Virus record (IMG/VR): IMGVR_UViG_3300006982_000001
Coordinates: 1 to 64,000 of that record
Reading direction: 5' to 3' (one strand)
Source: a virus
Length of the DNA: 64,000 bases
Below, piece after piece: positions 24,157-32,962 of the stretch. Each line of letters opens with the position of its first letter. The first letter of the stretch is position 1. A model generated the notes under the pieces. That model was not told where the DNA came from. It saw nothing but the letters and a program-made list of their open reading frames with translations, and made no database searches. A program made the translations under genes and the position numbers.

Positions 24157-24627
24157 ATGCCACAGACCCGACTCGCGAATCTGTCGTGGTTGGATCTGAA
24201 CGACCTCATCGAGGATGGGGTGCTCGGGCAGATCGAGCGAGTCAGGAATCAGGGAACGGTGACGGCGGACTTCGTGAGCGACGTGGCGACGGTACAAGAC
24301 ACGGAGGTCCTCATCTTCCGGAAGGATCAAGTCGTACAGATCCGCGCAGGGCTCAATGATCAAGTCGATCTGGAGCCGAACACTCAGAACGAGATCTTCC
24401 TCGGAGTTCGGAAGACTCAGGCGATCCTCGAGGCCAGATCCAGCGGTACGCCCAGCTACCCGTCACGCAAGATCGCGACGGTGAACTACTCGGACAACTC
24501 GGTCAACCAACAGAGAGCGACCGAGGGTCTGATCGCCGGGGACGACCTGACGTTCGGACCGAATCAGGAGCGGACAATTCTATACGACTCCGTCCTCGAC
24601 TCTCTGGTAGTGGTGAATAATGAGTAG
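24157..24627 (+). CDS. Hypothetical protein
   Basis: First ATG of ORF 24130 (TTG). Confidence 0.5.
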   Translation: MPQTRLANLSWLDLNDLIEDGVLGQIERVRNQGTVTADFVSDVATVQDTEVLIFRKDQVVQIRAGLNDQVDLEPNTQNEIFLGVRKTQAILEARSSGTPSYPSRKIATVNYSDNSVNQQRATEGLIAGDDLTFGPNQERTILYDSVLDSLVVVNNE

Positions 24628-25948
24628 CAACGGATACGAACTCGGTACGGCAGACACGCTCGAGGAGGTAATGGATCGGCGGACGGACGACTTCCACAAT
24701 CTCAAGATCGAGCAGCTGCTGACTCAGTGGAAGCACAAGATCGCTGCCGTTCCTCAATCAGCAGATGGTGGCGGGACAGAGACGGCGATTTCATCGAAGT
24801 GGTGGACGTTCACTTCTGGGGTCAACCGTGTCGGACCTTCGGCACAGGTTCCTCCGGGAGAGAACATTCGTACAGACCAGTCTGGCGACTATATCGTGGG
24901 AGTCCCTGCTCTGGCTGGTGGTGCTGCTCGAGTCGAAGGGACGCCGGTACAGAACGCGGGAGATGATTGGTGGACGGGGTACACCAATCGTCTGATTCAG
25001 CCTGCTGGAGATCGGGACGGTGCTGGTATCGGATACTCCTACTTCGATGCTGGAGAGGGAGATTTGGGAGGAGCTGATGCAGGCGGCGATCAAGAGTACG
25101 TCTGGTTCTACTCTGGCGTCTCAGGCGTCAGCAACCTCCGGGTCCCCCGCGATCAGTGGAACGGAGAACTCGCTCAGAAGATCGCAGATGGAGATTTCGA
25201 CGACGAGGATCTGTCGAAAGGCAATCTGTTCAACCGGGGTGGCTTCGTCCGCATCGATCACACCTTCTACGATGAGGGAACGGCGAAGGTGAACTACGGA
25301 ATCAAGAAGAACGATGGATCTCTGGAGGTGATCACACTCCACGAGTTGAACGTGGTAGGAGACGAGATGTGGCAGCGGTCCGACCTGAGCTGGCAGATGG
25401 AGACGACGGCAGGGGCTGGGAACCTGACGGGCTACATCGCAGCTGCTCACTATCAGGCCGGTGAGAGCAAAGACTTCAATCGGTTCAGTGGTGAGGGTCG
25501 AGACGGCTCGGTCTTCGGAGCTGGAGTTACAATCACGAGCGGGACGCCGATCCCACTCATCTCGATTCGGAAGCGTAACGGGTGGGAGAGCGTGAACCTG
25601 ACACCGCTCGACTACTCGGTGTCGATGGATAACAGTTTCTACGTGTTCGTCGGAGTCGACGCAACCCTGACGGGAGCGAACTTCACGGAGCCGAACCTGT
25701 CCTTCGCGAACCTCGCTCGAGAAGACTCTGAGTACGCGGCTCTGTCCGACAACGAGGCGACGGCAGTCGACAATCTCGCAGACGTCGAAGTCCTCGAGTT
25801 CGTCCCCCCCGTCTGGGAATCAGGCGACGTCAGTTGTTACGGGTACGGACGTGGATCTGGCGGTCGACGAGGACGAGATTATCACGCTGGGTGTGATCCC
25901 CATCGCGGCGACAGCTCTGGACGGAGCGAGTCTGTCGTGGGGGTATGA
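24620..25948 (+). CDS. Hypothetical 442-aa protein; C-terminus probably continues in the +1 frame after the C7 run (to 25982)
   Basis: Zero-frame tail after 25811 is Arg/Gly-rich; +1 frame gives SGNQATSVVTGTDVDLAVDEDEIITLGVIPIAATALDGASLSWGYELLTVSESRYQ*. Confidence 0.6.
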   Translation: MSSNGYELGTADTLEEVMDRRTDDFHNLKIEQLLTQWKHKIAAVPQSADGGGTETAISSKWWTFTSGVNRVGPSAQVPPGENIRTDQSGDYIVGVPALAGGAARVEGTPVQNAGDDWWTGYTNRLIQPAGDRDGAGIGYSYFDAGEGDLGGADAGGDQEYVWFYSGVSGVSNLRVPRDQWNGELAQKIADGDFDDEDLSKGNLFNRGGFVRIDHTFYDEGTAKVNYGIKKNDGSLEVITLHELNVVGDEMWQRSDLSWQMETTAGAGNLTGYIAAAHYQAGESKDFNRFSGEGRDGSVFGAGVTITSGTPIPLISIRKRNGWESVNLTPLDYSVSMDNSFYVFVGVDATLTGANFTEPNLSFANLAREDSEYAALSDNEATAVDNLADVEVLEFVPPVWESGDVSCYGYGRGSGGRRGRDYHAGCDPHRGDSSGRSESVVGV

Positions 25949-25977
25949 ACTTCTAACAGTATCGGAGTCTCGATACC

Positions 25978-25989
25978 AATAGATTTATA
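25978..25989 (+). promoter_or_regulatory. BRE/TATA promoter core
   Basis: AATAGATTTATA; 45 nt to ATG 26029. Confidence 0.65.
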
Positions 25990-26028
25990 TTCAAGGGGGT
26001 TCTCTCTGTAGATGAGGCCAGAGGAACT

Positions 26029-26187
26029 ATGAACGACATCGCACGCGAACGGCAGATGGTCGAGCAGAACAGCCCCGAACACTACCCGACGTCCAACGAC
26101 GAAGACGAGCTGACGATCGAGGAGGAGCACCGGCACGCTCAGGAGTCCGGCGAGGTCTTCGAGGGCGGCCGCGCGGGGGCACTATGA
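26029..26187 (+). CDS. Hypothetical protein (52 aa, MND leader class)
   Basis: GTAGATGAGGCCAGAGGAACT leader then ATGAACGAC. Confidence 0.45.
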   Translation: MNDIARERQMVEQNSPEHYPTSNDEDELTIEEEHRHAQESGEVFEGGRAGAL

Positions 26188-26333
26188 GCGAGACGGTCGA
26201 AGTCGACGCGGAGGATCTGGACAAGGTGCTCGAGTACGTCGCGCTCGAGGCGAGTGAGAACCCGGCCGCTGTCCCTGACACGACGGATGAGGCTGCTCAG
26301 CGCCTCGAGGAGACGGTCTACGACGATGAGTGA
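26184..26333 (+). CDS. Hypothetical acidic protein (49 aa)
   Basis: ATGA coupling both ends. Confidence 0.4.
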   Translation: MSETVEVDAEDLDKVLEYVALEASENPAAVPDTTDEAAQRLEETVYDDE

Positions 26334-27213
26334 GGAATACTTCCAAATCCACGTCACCGACACAGAGCGCGATTTTGAGGCTCTGTGCGAGGCTGAGGTG
26401 GAGGTCGATCAGATGGAGGTGTCGGCGACGGGCGAGACGCGGTCGCTGATGTTCTCCAGAGGCGGGCCGATCGAGATCCCGGACGGCGATCCGTTTGCGA
26501 TTCAGGTAGACGAGGAGAACAACCTCAGTCGAACCATCGTCCGGGACTACCACGTCGGAGTGGCCTACTATCTGCACACGCTGGAGACGCACGGTGTGGA
26601 CGAGGAGGCCGCGATCGAGGAACTGTCTGAGCGCGTGGACGTCGCGCCGTTCTTGGAGTGGATCGAGTCCCTAACCGTCAGTGAACGTCAGGTCCGTCTG
26701 TTCGAGCTTCTCGAGTGGCGAGCTGGTGATGGTGGCGATTGGGCTGCCGCGATCTATCTGGACGATCACCCGTGCGAGTTCCGGTCGAAGGAACTCACGG
26801 GGTCCGGGCAGACGCTGGCGGAAGATATCACTCGGCAGATCGACGTCAAGCCGAAGATGTGCTATTGGACAGCCCAGCACGCGGCGATGCTCCACGCCGA
26901 CAATCACCGGGTCGAGTACGCCGAGGGAATCGTCCTCCCGAAACAGGCAGCGCAGTCAGTCCGTCACGCGTGGATCGAGATCGACGGAGAGGTCGCTGAG
27001 ATTACGTGGCCGTGGCACTACCCGGACGGACGCGAGGCGATCTACTACGGAGTCACCGTGGACGCCGAGACCGTGGTAGAGACGCGGGAGCGTCGGGAGA
27101 CGAACGGTTCTGTCCTCCTGACCGACGAGGAGGTGGTGAAGCTCGGTCAGGGGATGCGGCCGGACGACGATCTGATGGACTCACCCGCACTCGTAGACTA
27201 TCGAAATCAATAG
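26326..27213 (+). CDS. Hypothetical protein with transglutaminase-like (papain-fold) Cys...His motif
   Basis: KMCYWTAQHAAML ... RHAWIEIDGEVAEITWPW resembles C...HAWxE core; stop is the TAG of the promoter 12-mer. Confidence 0.4.
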   Translation: MSEEYFQIHVTDTERDFEALCEAEVEVDQMEVSATGETRSLMFSRGGPIEIPDGDPFAIQVDEENNLSRTIVRDYHVGVAYYLHTLETHGVDEEAAIEELSERVDVAPFLEWIESLTVSERQVRLFELLEWRAGDGGDWAAAIYLDDHPCEFRSKELTGSGQTLAEDITRQIDVKPKMCYWTAQHAAMLHADNHRVEYAEGIVLPKQAAQSVRHAWIEIDGEVAEITWPWHYPDGREAIYYGVTVDAETVVETRERRETNGSVLLTDEEVVKLGQGMRPDDDLMDSPALVDYRNQ

Positions 27214-27220
27214 ATTTATA
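27209..27220 (+). promoter_or_regulatory. BRE/TATA promoter core
   Basis: AATAGATTTATA; 43 nt to ATG 27258. Confidence 0.7.
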
Positions 27221-27257
27221 TTCAAGGGGGTATTCTATACAGGTGGAGATAAGAAAG

Positions 27258-27530
27258 ATGTCGACCGCACTCACCCAATCCGACGACGAGCTCACGACCG
27301 CCGAACAGTCCCGAGACAACCGCGCCCGCGATAGTCACGTCACCCTCACCGGTGTCTTCGGAGACGACTTCGTCTTCGACTTCGAGGGGAGCGACGACAC
27401 TCACGTCGTTCACACGTCCGGCAGTGACGCCGAGATGTGTACCTGCCCGGACCACCAGCAGCGGAACGTGCGATGCAAGCATATGGCCGCCTACGAGCGC
27501 TTCAGCTACATCGACGAGTTCGACTTCTGA
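27258..27530 (+). CDS. SWIM zinc-finger protein
   Basis: CTCPDHQQRNVRCKH (CxCxnCxH); GTGGAGATAAGAAAG leader. Confidence 0.65.
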   Translation: MSTALTQSDDELTTAEQSRDNRARDSHVTLTGVFGDDFVFDFEGSDDTHVVHTSGSDAEMCTCPDHQQRNVRCKHMAAYERFSYIDEFDF

Positions 27531-27621
27531 ACGCGCCTCGGATTCTTAGGATGTCGATCTGAAGATTTTTGTACGAGGCAGAGAGACGTCTACCCGGAAC
27601 GATGAACAGGGCGGATCGCAG

Positions 27622-27792
27622 ATGAGTCCTCAGATCACCTTCGAGGTAGACGAGGAGACAGCTGAGGCCATCATCGAGGACATCGACGACGCGGTATCGA
27701 GCGGCGAGGAGAGCTGGGACTTCCACGGAGACTTCGAGATCCCTGAGGCCCTCCGAATCCGAAACGACCTAAACGAGCAACTCAATCGATGA
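27622..27792 (+). CDS. Hypothetical acidic protein (56 aa)
   Basis: ATGA overlap with thyX start. Confidence 0.45.
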   Translation: MSPQITFEVDEETAEAIIEDIDDAVSSGEESWDFHGDFEIPEALRIRNDLNEQLNR

Positions 27793-28592
27793 ACGTCAAG
27801 ATCATAGAATCCACAGATGAGCCGGAGAAGCTGATCTGCACGGCTGCACGCAACGACTACGAAGACCGCTACGTCGGCGACCTCTCCTTCCACGAAGCGA
27901 TGAGTGGGATCTCCCAGAGCGACGATCTACCGGACGAGGTCAGGCAGGCCTACCACGACGAGCAGGACATCGTCCTCACGCGGAAGATGCACCACCTGAT
28001 CACGGAGACGCTTCTGAACCACGGGCACTTCGGTCCCTTCGAGCACCCGCACGTCACCTTCGCTGTCGAGGGAGTGAGCCGCTCGCTGATGGCACAGATC
28101 ACCCGACACCGTCACGTCAGCTTCGACATCCAATCGATGCGCTACGTCGGGTTCGACGACGCCGTCCCCGAGCCGGGAGAGGCAGTGGTTAGGATCCCCG
28201 GACTCGACGATCCGGGGCTGACCGGGCGGAACGCAGAGTTCGCTGACGGAGAGGAGGAGATGGCCGACGAGGTGATCCTCCGGGAGCGGCGGATGTGCTA
28301 CGAGCGAGCGATCGAGCGGTCGTTCAACGAGTACCAGAACCTGCTGGATCTGGGCGTGCCCGCGCAGGACGCTCGGATGGTGCTGCCGATCGGGACGAAG
28401 GTGAATATGGTGTTCACTCTGAATCTACGGATGTTGATGCACGTCGCCGATATGCGGGCCGCCGCAGACGCTCAGTGGGAGATCCGTGAGATGACCGAGG
28501 ACGTCCTCGATCTCGCTCGGGAGTGGGCACCGATCACGATGCACTTCTACGAGACCGAAATGAAGCACAGAAAGAATAGACTCGCACCTTAG
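27789..28592 (+). CDS. thyX: Flavin-dependent thymidylate synthase ThyX
   Basis: HGHFGPFEH; ThyX motif RHRHVSFDIQSMRY; last codons low-GC. Confidence 0.9.
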   Translation: MNVKIIESTDEPEKLICTAARNDYEDRYVGDLSFHEAMSGISQSDDLPDEVRQAYHDEQDIVLTRKMHHLITETLLNHGHFGPFEHPHVTFAVEGVSRSLMAQITRHRHVSFDIQSMRYVGFDDAVPEPGEAVVRIPGLDDPGLTGRNAEFADGEEEMADEVILRERRMCYERAIERSFNEYQNLLDLGVPAQDARMVLPIGTKVNMVFTLNLRMLMHVADMRAAADAQWEIREMTEDVLDLAREWAPITMHFYETEMKHRKNRLAP

Positions 28593-29100
28593 AAAGATGG
28601 CGGGATATAAAGATAAAAATTGGTTAGAGCGCGAGTACGTCCAGAACAATCGTACTCAAGCTGAAATAGCTGCACAGTTCGGAGTTACTCCCGGAGCTGT
28701 TCGCTACTATACCGAGAAGTACGGATTGACGAAGGCGTGGAAAGATGAGGAGATGCTACGTGCAAAGTACGTTGATGAAGGGCTGGATGTTAGTGACATT
28801 GCTCGGGAGTTTGGGGTAGATGATGGCACGATTCTGTATTGGATGAGAGAGTATAATATTCCCAGAAGACAGGGCGGTGATCATTCACTTCCGTATGCGT
28901 CTCTGTCGATGACCGGTGAGGGCTACGAGATGTGGTGCGACGGTGAAGACCGCGTCTACGTCCATCGCTTGCTCGTGGTAGCAGAGTACGGTTTGGATGC
29001 TTTGTCGGACGACGTCCACCACCATTCAGGCATTCCGTGGGATAATCGCCCGGAGAACGTCAAGCCGATGTCCCGATCAGAGCACCAGAAAGAGCACGCG
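28566..29100 (+). mobile_element. Homing cassette: recoded thyX end plus HTH-HNH gene
   Basis: KNRLAP* encoded twice (28572..28592 low-GC, 29101..29121 GC-rich). Confidence 0.55.
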
Positions 29101-29121
29101 AAGAACCGTCTGGCACCCTGA
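28597..29121 (+). CDS. HNH homing endonuclease with two N-terminal HTH repeats
   Basis: RTQAEIAAQFGVTPGAVRYY / LDVSDIAREFGVDDGTILYW; VHRLLVVAEYG...HHHSGIPWDNRPENVKPMSRSEH; low GC. Confidence 0.8.
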   Translation: MAGYKDKNWLEREYVQNNRTQAEIAAQFGVTPGAVRYYTEKYGLTKAWKDEEMLRAKYVDEGLDVSDIAREFGVDDGTILYWMREYNIPRRQGGDHSLPYASLSMTGEGYEMWCDGEDRVYVHRLLVVAEYGLDALSDDVHHHSGIPWDNRPENVKPMSRSEHQKEHAKNRLAP

Positions 29122-29123
29122 CG

Positions 29124-29330
29124 ATGATCGGTCTGCCAGCGGTAGCGTGCGGAGTAGGTGTAGTCTGGGTCCTGCTCTGGATCGCGCTCACGTACACGGA
29201 GCTGGGCTCTGACAGGGAGTCCCCCGTGAAGATGGGGTTCTACCTATCTGCGCTCTCGATCGGTGTGTGGGCCGTCCTCACGCTTCTGATCGCAGGTGTG
29301 GGATGGGCGGTCTGGTCGTTCCTCGGATAG
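29124..29330 (+). CDS. Small membrane protein (2 TM)
   Basis: Hydrophobic segments flanking LGSDRESPVK. Confidence 0.5.
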   Translation: MIGLPAVACGVGVVWVLLWIALTYTELGSDRESPVKMGFYLSALSIGVWAVLTLLIAGVGWAVWSFLG

Positions 29331-29369
29331 AGCGAGTCATCGGTATCGACGTAAGCAGATATCGATACC

Positions 29370-29381
29370 AATAGATTTATA
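29370..29381 (+). promoter_or_regulatory. BRE/TATA promoter core
   Basis: AATAGATTTATA preceded by ATATCGATACC; 43 nt to ATG 29419. Confidence 0.7.
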
Positions 29382-29418
29382 TTCAAGGGGGTAATAGAGT
29401 AGGGTGGAGCTAAGAAAG

Positions 29419-30669
29419 ATGTCGAACGAAGCAAAGCAGCTGATCGCAGAAGCGCTCGAGAACAACCCTGACGGCCTGCAGTTCGAACACCTCGTCCGCG
29501 ATCTGGACGACCAGCTCGACGTCCAGCAGAAGACGATCAAGACGTACATCTACCAGTACGCCCAGAGCGAGGACAGCGGTGGGTCGAAGTGGGTCGCGCA
29601 GATGAAGCCCGAGCATATGGACGCGACGGTGTCCGCGAGCGCGGAGGACGCTGGTCTGACCGAGGGCACCTTCGAGGCGACCGACGAGATCCCGCCGGCA
29701 GTCGGTAAGACGTTCCACGAGATGGAGATCCGCCAGCCCGGTCACCCGAAGGTGCCGAGTACGGGCGAATACATCAAGCGGCCGATGGGTGGTGACGACG
29801 TCGAGGTCGACTTCAACCAGAACGTCACCTTCATCGAGGCACTCACGAAGGCGATCTCCGTCCCCGACTTCCCGGTCCTCGTGATCGGCGAGCCGGGTGT
29901 CGGTAAGAGCTACTCGATCAAGCACGCCTGCGACCAGACGAACACTCCCCACGACCGCGTGAACGCGGGTACGGGCATCCGGAAGGAGCAGCTCGTCGGA
30001 GGGTTCGTCCCGAAGGGCAACGGTGACAAGCTCGAGACCGAACTCGAGAAGGCGGAGGAGCTCGCGAGCAACACCGCGAACCTGACCGTCGCCGACGCGC
30101 TCGAAGCAATCGGCAGCCGGGATCAGTTCGAATGGCAGGACGGCCTGCTCACCCAGCGAGTCCGCAACGGTGGCGTCTTCCAGATGGACGAGCTGAACGC
30201 TGCCCCGCCCGAAGCGACGATGGCACTCCACGGTCTGCTCGAAGACGGTGACAATCGATCGCTCGAGCTGATGGAGAAAGGCGAGGTCATCACGCCTCAC
30301 GAGGACTTCCGGTTCGTGGCGACCCAGAACCCGTCGACCTTCGCTGGTACCCACCAGATGAACGAAGCGTTCGAGACGCGGTTCATCCCGATCGACTGCC
30401 CGGCGCTCGGGCCGCGAGCGGAGAAGGGACTGCTCGTCGACACTACCGACCTGTCCAAGAGCGAGGCTGATGAGCTGGTCGAGATGGCACTCGACCTCCG
30501 CTCGGACGACAACGCGCCGCCGTGCTCGTTCCGACAGCTCAAACAGATCGCGGCGATGAAGGACACGATGGGGATCGAAGGTGCGACCCGGATGATCCTC
30601 CTGTCGAACCTGACGAGCGACACCGCGTCGAGCGCAGTCAACAAGCGACTGAATATGGTGAACTTCTGA
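29419..30669 (+). CDS. AAA+ ATPase, MoxR/CobS (AAA_5)-like
   Basis: Walker A GEPGVGKS, Walker B VFQMDELN, FRFVATQNP, ETRF. Confidence 0.8.
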   Translation: MSNEAKQLIAEALENNPDGLQFEHLVRDLDDQLDVQQKTIKTYIYQYAQSEDSGGSKWVAQMKPEHMDATVSASAEDAGLTEGTFEATDEIPPAVGKTFHEMEIRQPGHPKVPSTGEYIKRPMGGDDVEVDFNQNVTFIEALTKAISVPDFPVLVIGEPGVGKSYSIKHACDQTNTPHDRVNAGTGIRKEQLVGGFVPKGNGDKLETELEKAEELASNTANLTVADALEAIGSRDQFEWQDGLLTQRVRNGGVFQMDELNAAPPEATMALHGLLEDGDNRSLELMEKGEVITPHEDFRFVATQNPSTFAGTHQMNEAFETRFIPIDCPALGPRAEKGLLVDTTDLSKSEADELVEMALDLRSDDNAPPCSFRQLKQIAAMKDTMGIEGATRMILLSNLTSDTASSAVNKRLNMVNF

Positions 30670-30872
30670 GATTGGGAAACGGAGCCCGGTTTCAGGGCCA
30701 CGACCCCGAGGGTAAACACCCGGAGATTACCCTTCCACGGACTTACAGAGAATCGACTCCGGTAGAGAGCCTCTGTGTACGGTTTTCAGCAGGCATACCT
30801 GCACTGAGAAGCCGATCAGCTCCTTACTCGCGACGTCGGTGCCAGATCAGGCCCGAAGGTAGTATCGATACC

Positions 30873-30884
30873 AATAGATTTATA
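30873..30884 (+). promoter_or_regulatory. BRE/TATA promoter core
   Basis: AATAGATTTATA preceded by GTATCGATACC; 43 nt to ATG 30922. Confidence 0.7.
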
Positions 30885-30921
30885 TTCAAGCCCCTGTTAG
30901 ACTCTGGTGGAGCTAAGAAAG

Positions 30922-32214
30922 ATGGCGAACCAAATCATCGACACGGTCAGCACCCGACTACGTCAGCAGCAGGCGACCTCGCCTGAGCGCCGACGCTACC
31001 TCGAACAGCTCGCTCGGTTGATGTGCCGAGAATACTCACCGACGGTCAACTTCCGCGACATCCCGACCGCGCGGTGCCGACACAATCAGGGCGAGATCGA
31101 TATCGACGTCGGACGAGAGATCGTCGACCAGACGGTCACCAGCCTCGCGCCGGACGTCTGGTCGCTGGTTGCTCAGGAGGGACTCATCGTCCACGAGATC
31201 GGGCACGTCCTCTACACCGACTTCGACGCGCACGAGGACATCAAGAACGACCTCGGTATGCAGGAGATGAATGCGTTCCACGACATCGTCTGGAACCCTG
31301 CCGAGGACGCGGCGATCGAGGAGCAGCTCCGATGGAAGTTCGACTGCTCGCGAGAGCTCGACACCTATAACGCGAATCTGTTCACCCGGCAGAAGTCCGG
31401 TGCTCGGAACCTGCCGATCCCGCAGGCGGTCAAGATCACGATCCTCGAGAAGGGTTGCTACGACGCGGGCGCGGTGGACGAGCACGTCAAGGGCGAGCGC
31501 GATCTCGTTCAGCCGTCGAACCGGACGCTGTTCGACCAGACGATCCTCCCGGAGGTCAACTCGATGCTGGCCGACGTGATGACCGAGCCGGATCCGGGCG
31601 AGCGCTACGAACGGATGCTCGAGTTCTGGTACTGGTTGAAGGACCTGATGGCAGACGAGAACGGTAACGACGCTGCGAGTCAGGCTCAACAGGGCGGCGG
31701 CTACGACGATGCGAAGCCTGACGACACGTCCGGGATGACGCCCGGCGAGATGGCCGACGCGCTGGACGACCTCGATGAAGACGACGTCCGCGAGCAGCTC
31801 GAGCAGATCGCCCAGCCACCCCAGCAGCACGATTGGGACGAGATTCTCGACGAGGACGAAGACGACGATGGTCAGGCTGGTGCTGGTGGCGAGGAGGATG
31901 CTGAGGCAGAGGAGGGTGACGAAGACGACGAGCCGTCCCTCGGAGATCTGTTCGGTGATCCGGACGGTGACGACGAGGCAGACGATGGCGACGGTGATGG
32001 TGACGGTCAGGGCGGCGAAGATGGCGACGGCTCTGAGGGCGCTGAGAGCGACGACACGGGCGAGGGTGACTCGTCCGGTGGATCCGGCGGGGATCAGGAC
32101 GGGGACGCTGACAGCGACGGACAGGCGGGCTCTGGAGGATCGTCTGGTGGAGACGGTGATAGTAGCTCAGAGTTTCCTGGTCACGAAGGTCACTCATTGA
32201 TCATCAGAGATTAA
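30922..32214 (+). CDS. HExxH metallopeptidase-like protein with long D/E/G-rich tail
   Basis: LIVHEIGHVLYTDF; C-terminal ~130 aa of DEDDDG/GDGDGDG low complexity. Confidence 0.65.
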   Translation: MANQIIDTVSTRLRQQQATSPERRRYLEQLARLMCREYSPTVNFRDIPTARCRHNQGEIDIDVGREIVDQTVTSLAPDVWSLVAQEGLIVHEIGHVLYTDFDAHEDIKNDLGMQEMNAFHDIVWNPAEDAAIEEQLRWKFDCSRELDTYNANLFTRQKSGARNLPIPQAVKITILEKGCYDAGAVDEHVKGERDLVQPSNRTLFDQTILPEVNSMLADVMTEPDPGERYERMLEFWYWLKDLMADENGNDAASQAQQGGGYDDAKPDDTSGMTPGEMADALDDLDEDDVREQLEQIAQPPQQHDWDEILDEDEDDDGQAGAGGEEDAEAEEGDEDDEPSLGDLFGDPDGDDEADDGDGDGDGQGGEDGDGSEGAESDDTGEGDSSGGSGGDQDGDADSDGQAGSGGSSGGDGDSSSEFPGHEGHSLIIRD

Positions 32215-32900
32215 GTAGGACACCGCCTTAATCTGGAGTGTGCCAAAGTGTCCCACCTGTGGTGCTGATCGGTTCGACCGTGACCGTGATATGAAGATCC
32301 ACCACAAAGCTGCTCACGACAAATCGATTGCTGAACGTGATCGTCAGACCACTGTCGTAGACTGCGATGAGTGTGGTGAAGAGACAGAGGTTCTGAAGTA
32401 CGTCGATGCCGATCATCGGTTCTGCGGGGAGGAGTGTCGTATGGATTGGTTGTCGAGGAGCAGATCTGGAGATTCTAATCCAGCAAAGGATCCGAAGGTC
32501 AGACAGCAGATCTCAGATACTCTCTCCGGACGTTCGTTATCGTCTGAACACCGGCGGAATATCTCGCAGGCTCAGAGTGGGCGTCAAGTGACGTGGAGTG
32601 ACAAACTGAAAGGGCGTCAACCAGCAGATCCGTTCCCGGAGGGTGACGAAAACCCGTCGTGGTCTGGAGGAGAACCGTATGATCCGGGTCCTCTTACTCA
32701 GAAGCAGAAAGAGCTCATCAGAGAATCGAGGGGACGTATGTGCGAGGAGTGTGGGAAGTTGTCCGAGGAGCAGCCAAAGAAGATGTCTGTTCATCACATC
32801 GATAACGATGTCACCAATAACGATGCAGAAAATCTCAAACTGCTCTGTAATTCGTGCCACGCTAAGGAGCACAACTGATCCGGGACTAACACTCCCGGCT
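32215..32900 (+). mobile_element. Free-standing low-GC ZnF-HNH gene between the HExxH and VWA genes
   Basis: GC drop; no flanking duplication seen. Confidence 0.4.
32240..32878 (+). CDS. HNH homing endonuclease with N-terminal C2H2 zinc finger
   Basis: CPTCGADRFDRDRDMKIHHKAAH; FCGEECRMDW; MSVHHIDNDVTNNDAENLKLLCNSCH; GTG start. Confidence 0.85.
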   Translation: MPKCPTCGADRFDRDRDMKIHHKAAHDKSIAERDRQTTVVDCDECGEETEVLKYVDADHRFCGEECRMDWLSRSRSGDSNPAKDPKVRQQISDTLSGRSLSSEHRRNISQAQSGRQVTWSDKLKGRQPADPFPEGDENPSWSGGEPYDPGPLTQKQKELIRESRGRMCEECGKLSEEQPKKMSVHHIDNDVTNNDAENLKLLCNSCHAKEHN

Positions 32901-32912
32901 GATGTATAGATG

Positions 32913-32924
32913 AATAGATTTATA
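32913..32924 (+). promoter_or_regulatory. BRE/TATA promoter core
   Basis: AATAGATTTATA; 44 nt to ATG 32963. Confidence 0.7.
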
Positions 32925-32962
32925 TTCAAGGGTGCATTAGAGTAGGGTGGAGGTTGGAACGA

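Noticed and set aside
31840-32170. Periodic GDGDGDG / DEDDD repeats that might suggest a tandem-repeat element or a CRISPR-like array.
   Set aside because: They are in frame within the HExxH gene as an acidic low-complexity tail. There are no unique spacers and no repeat-spacer periodicity.
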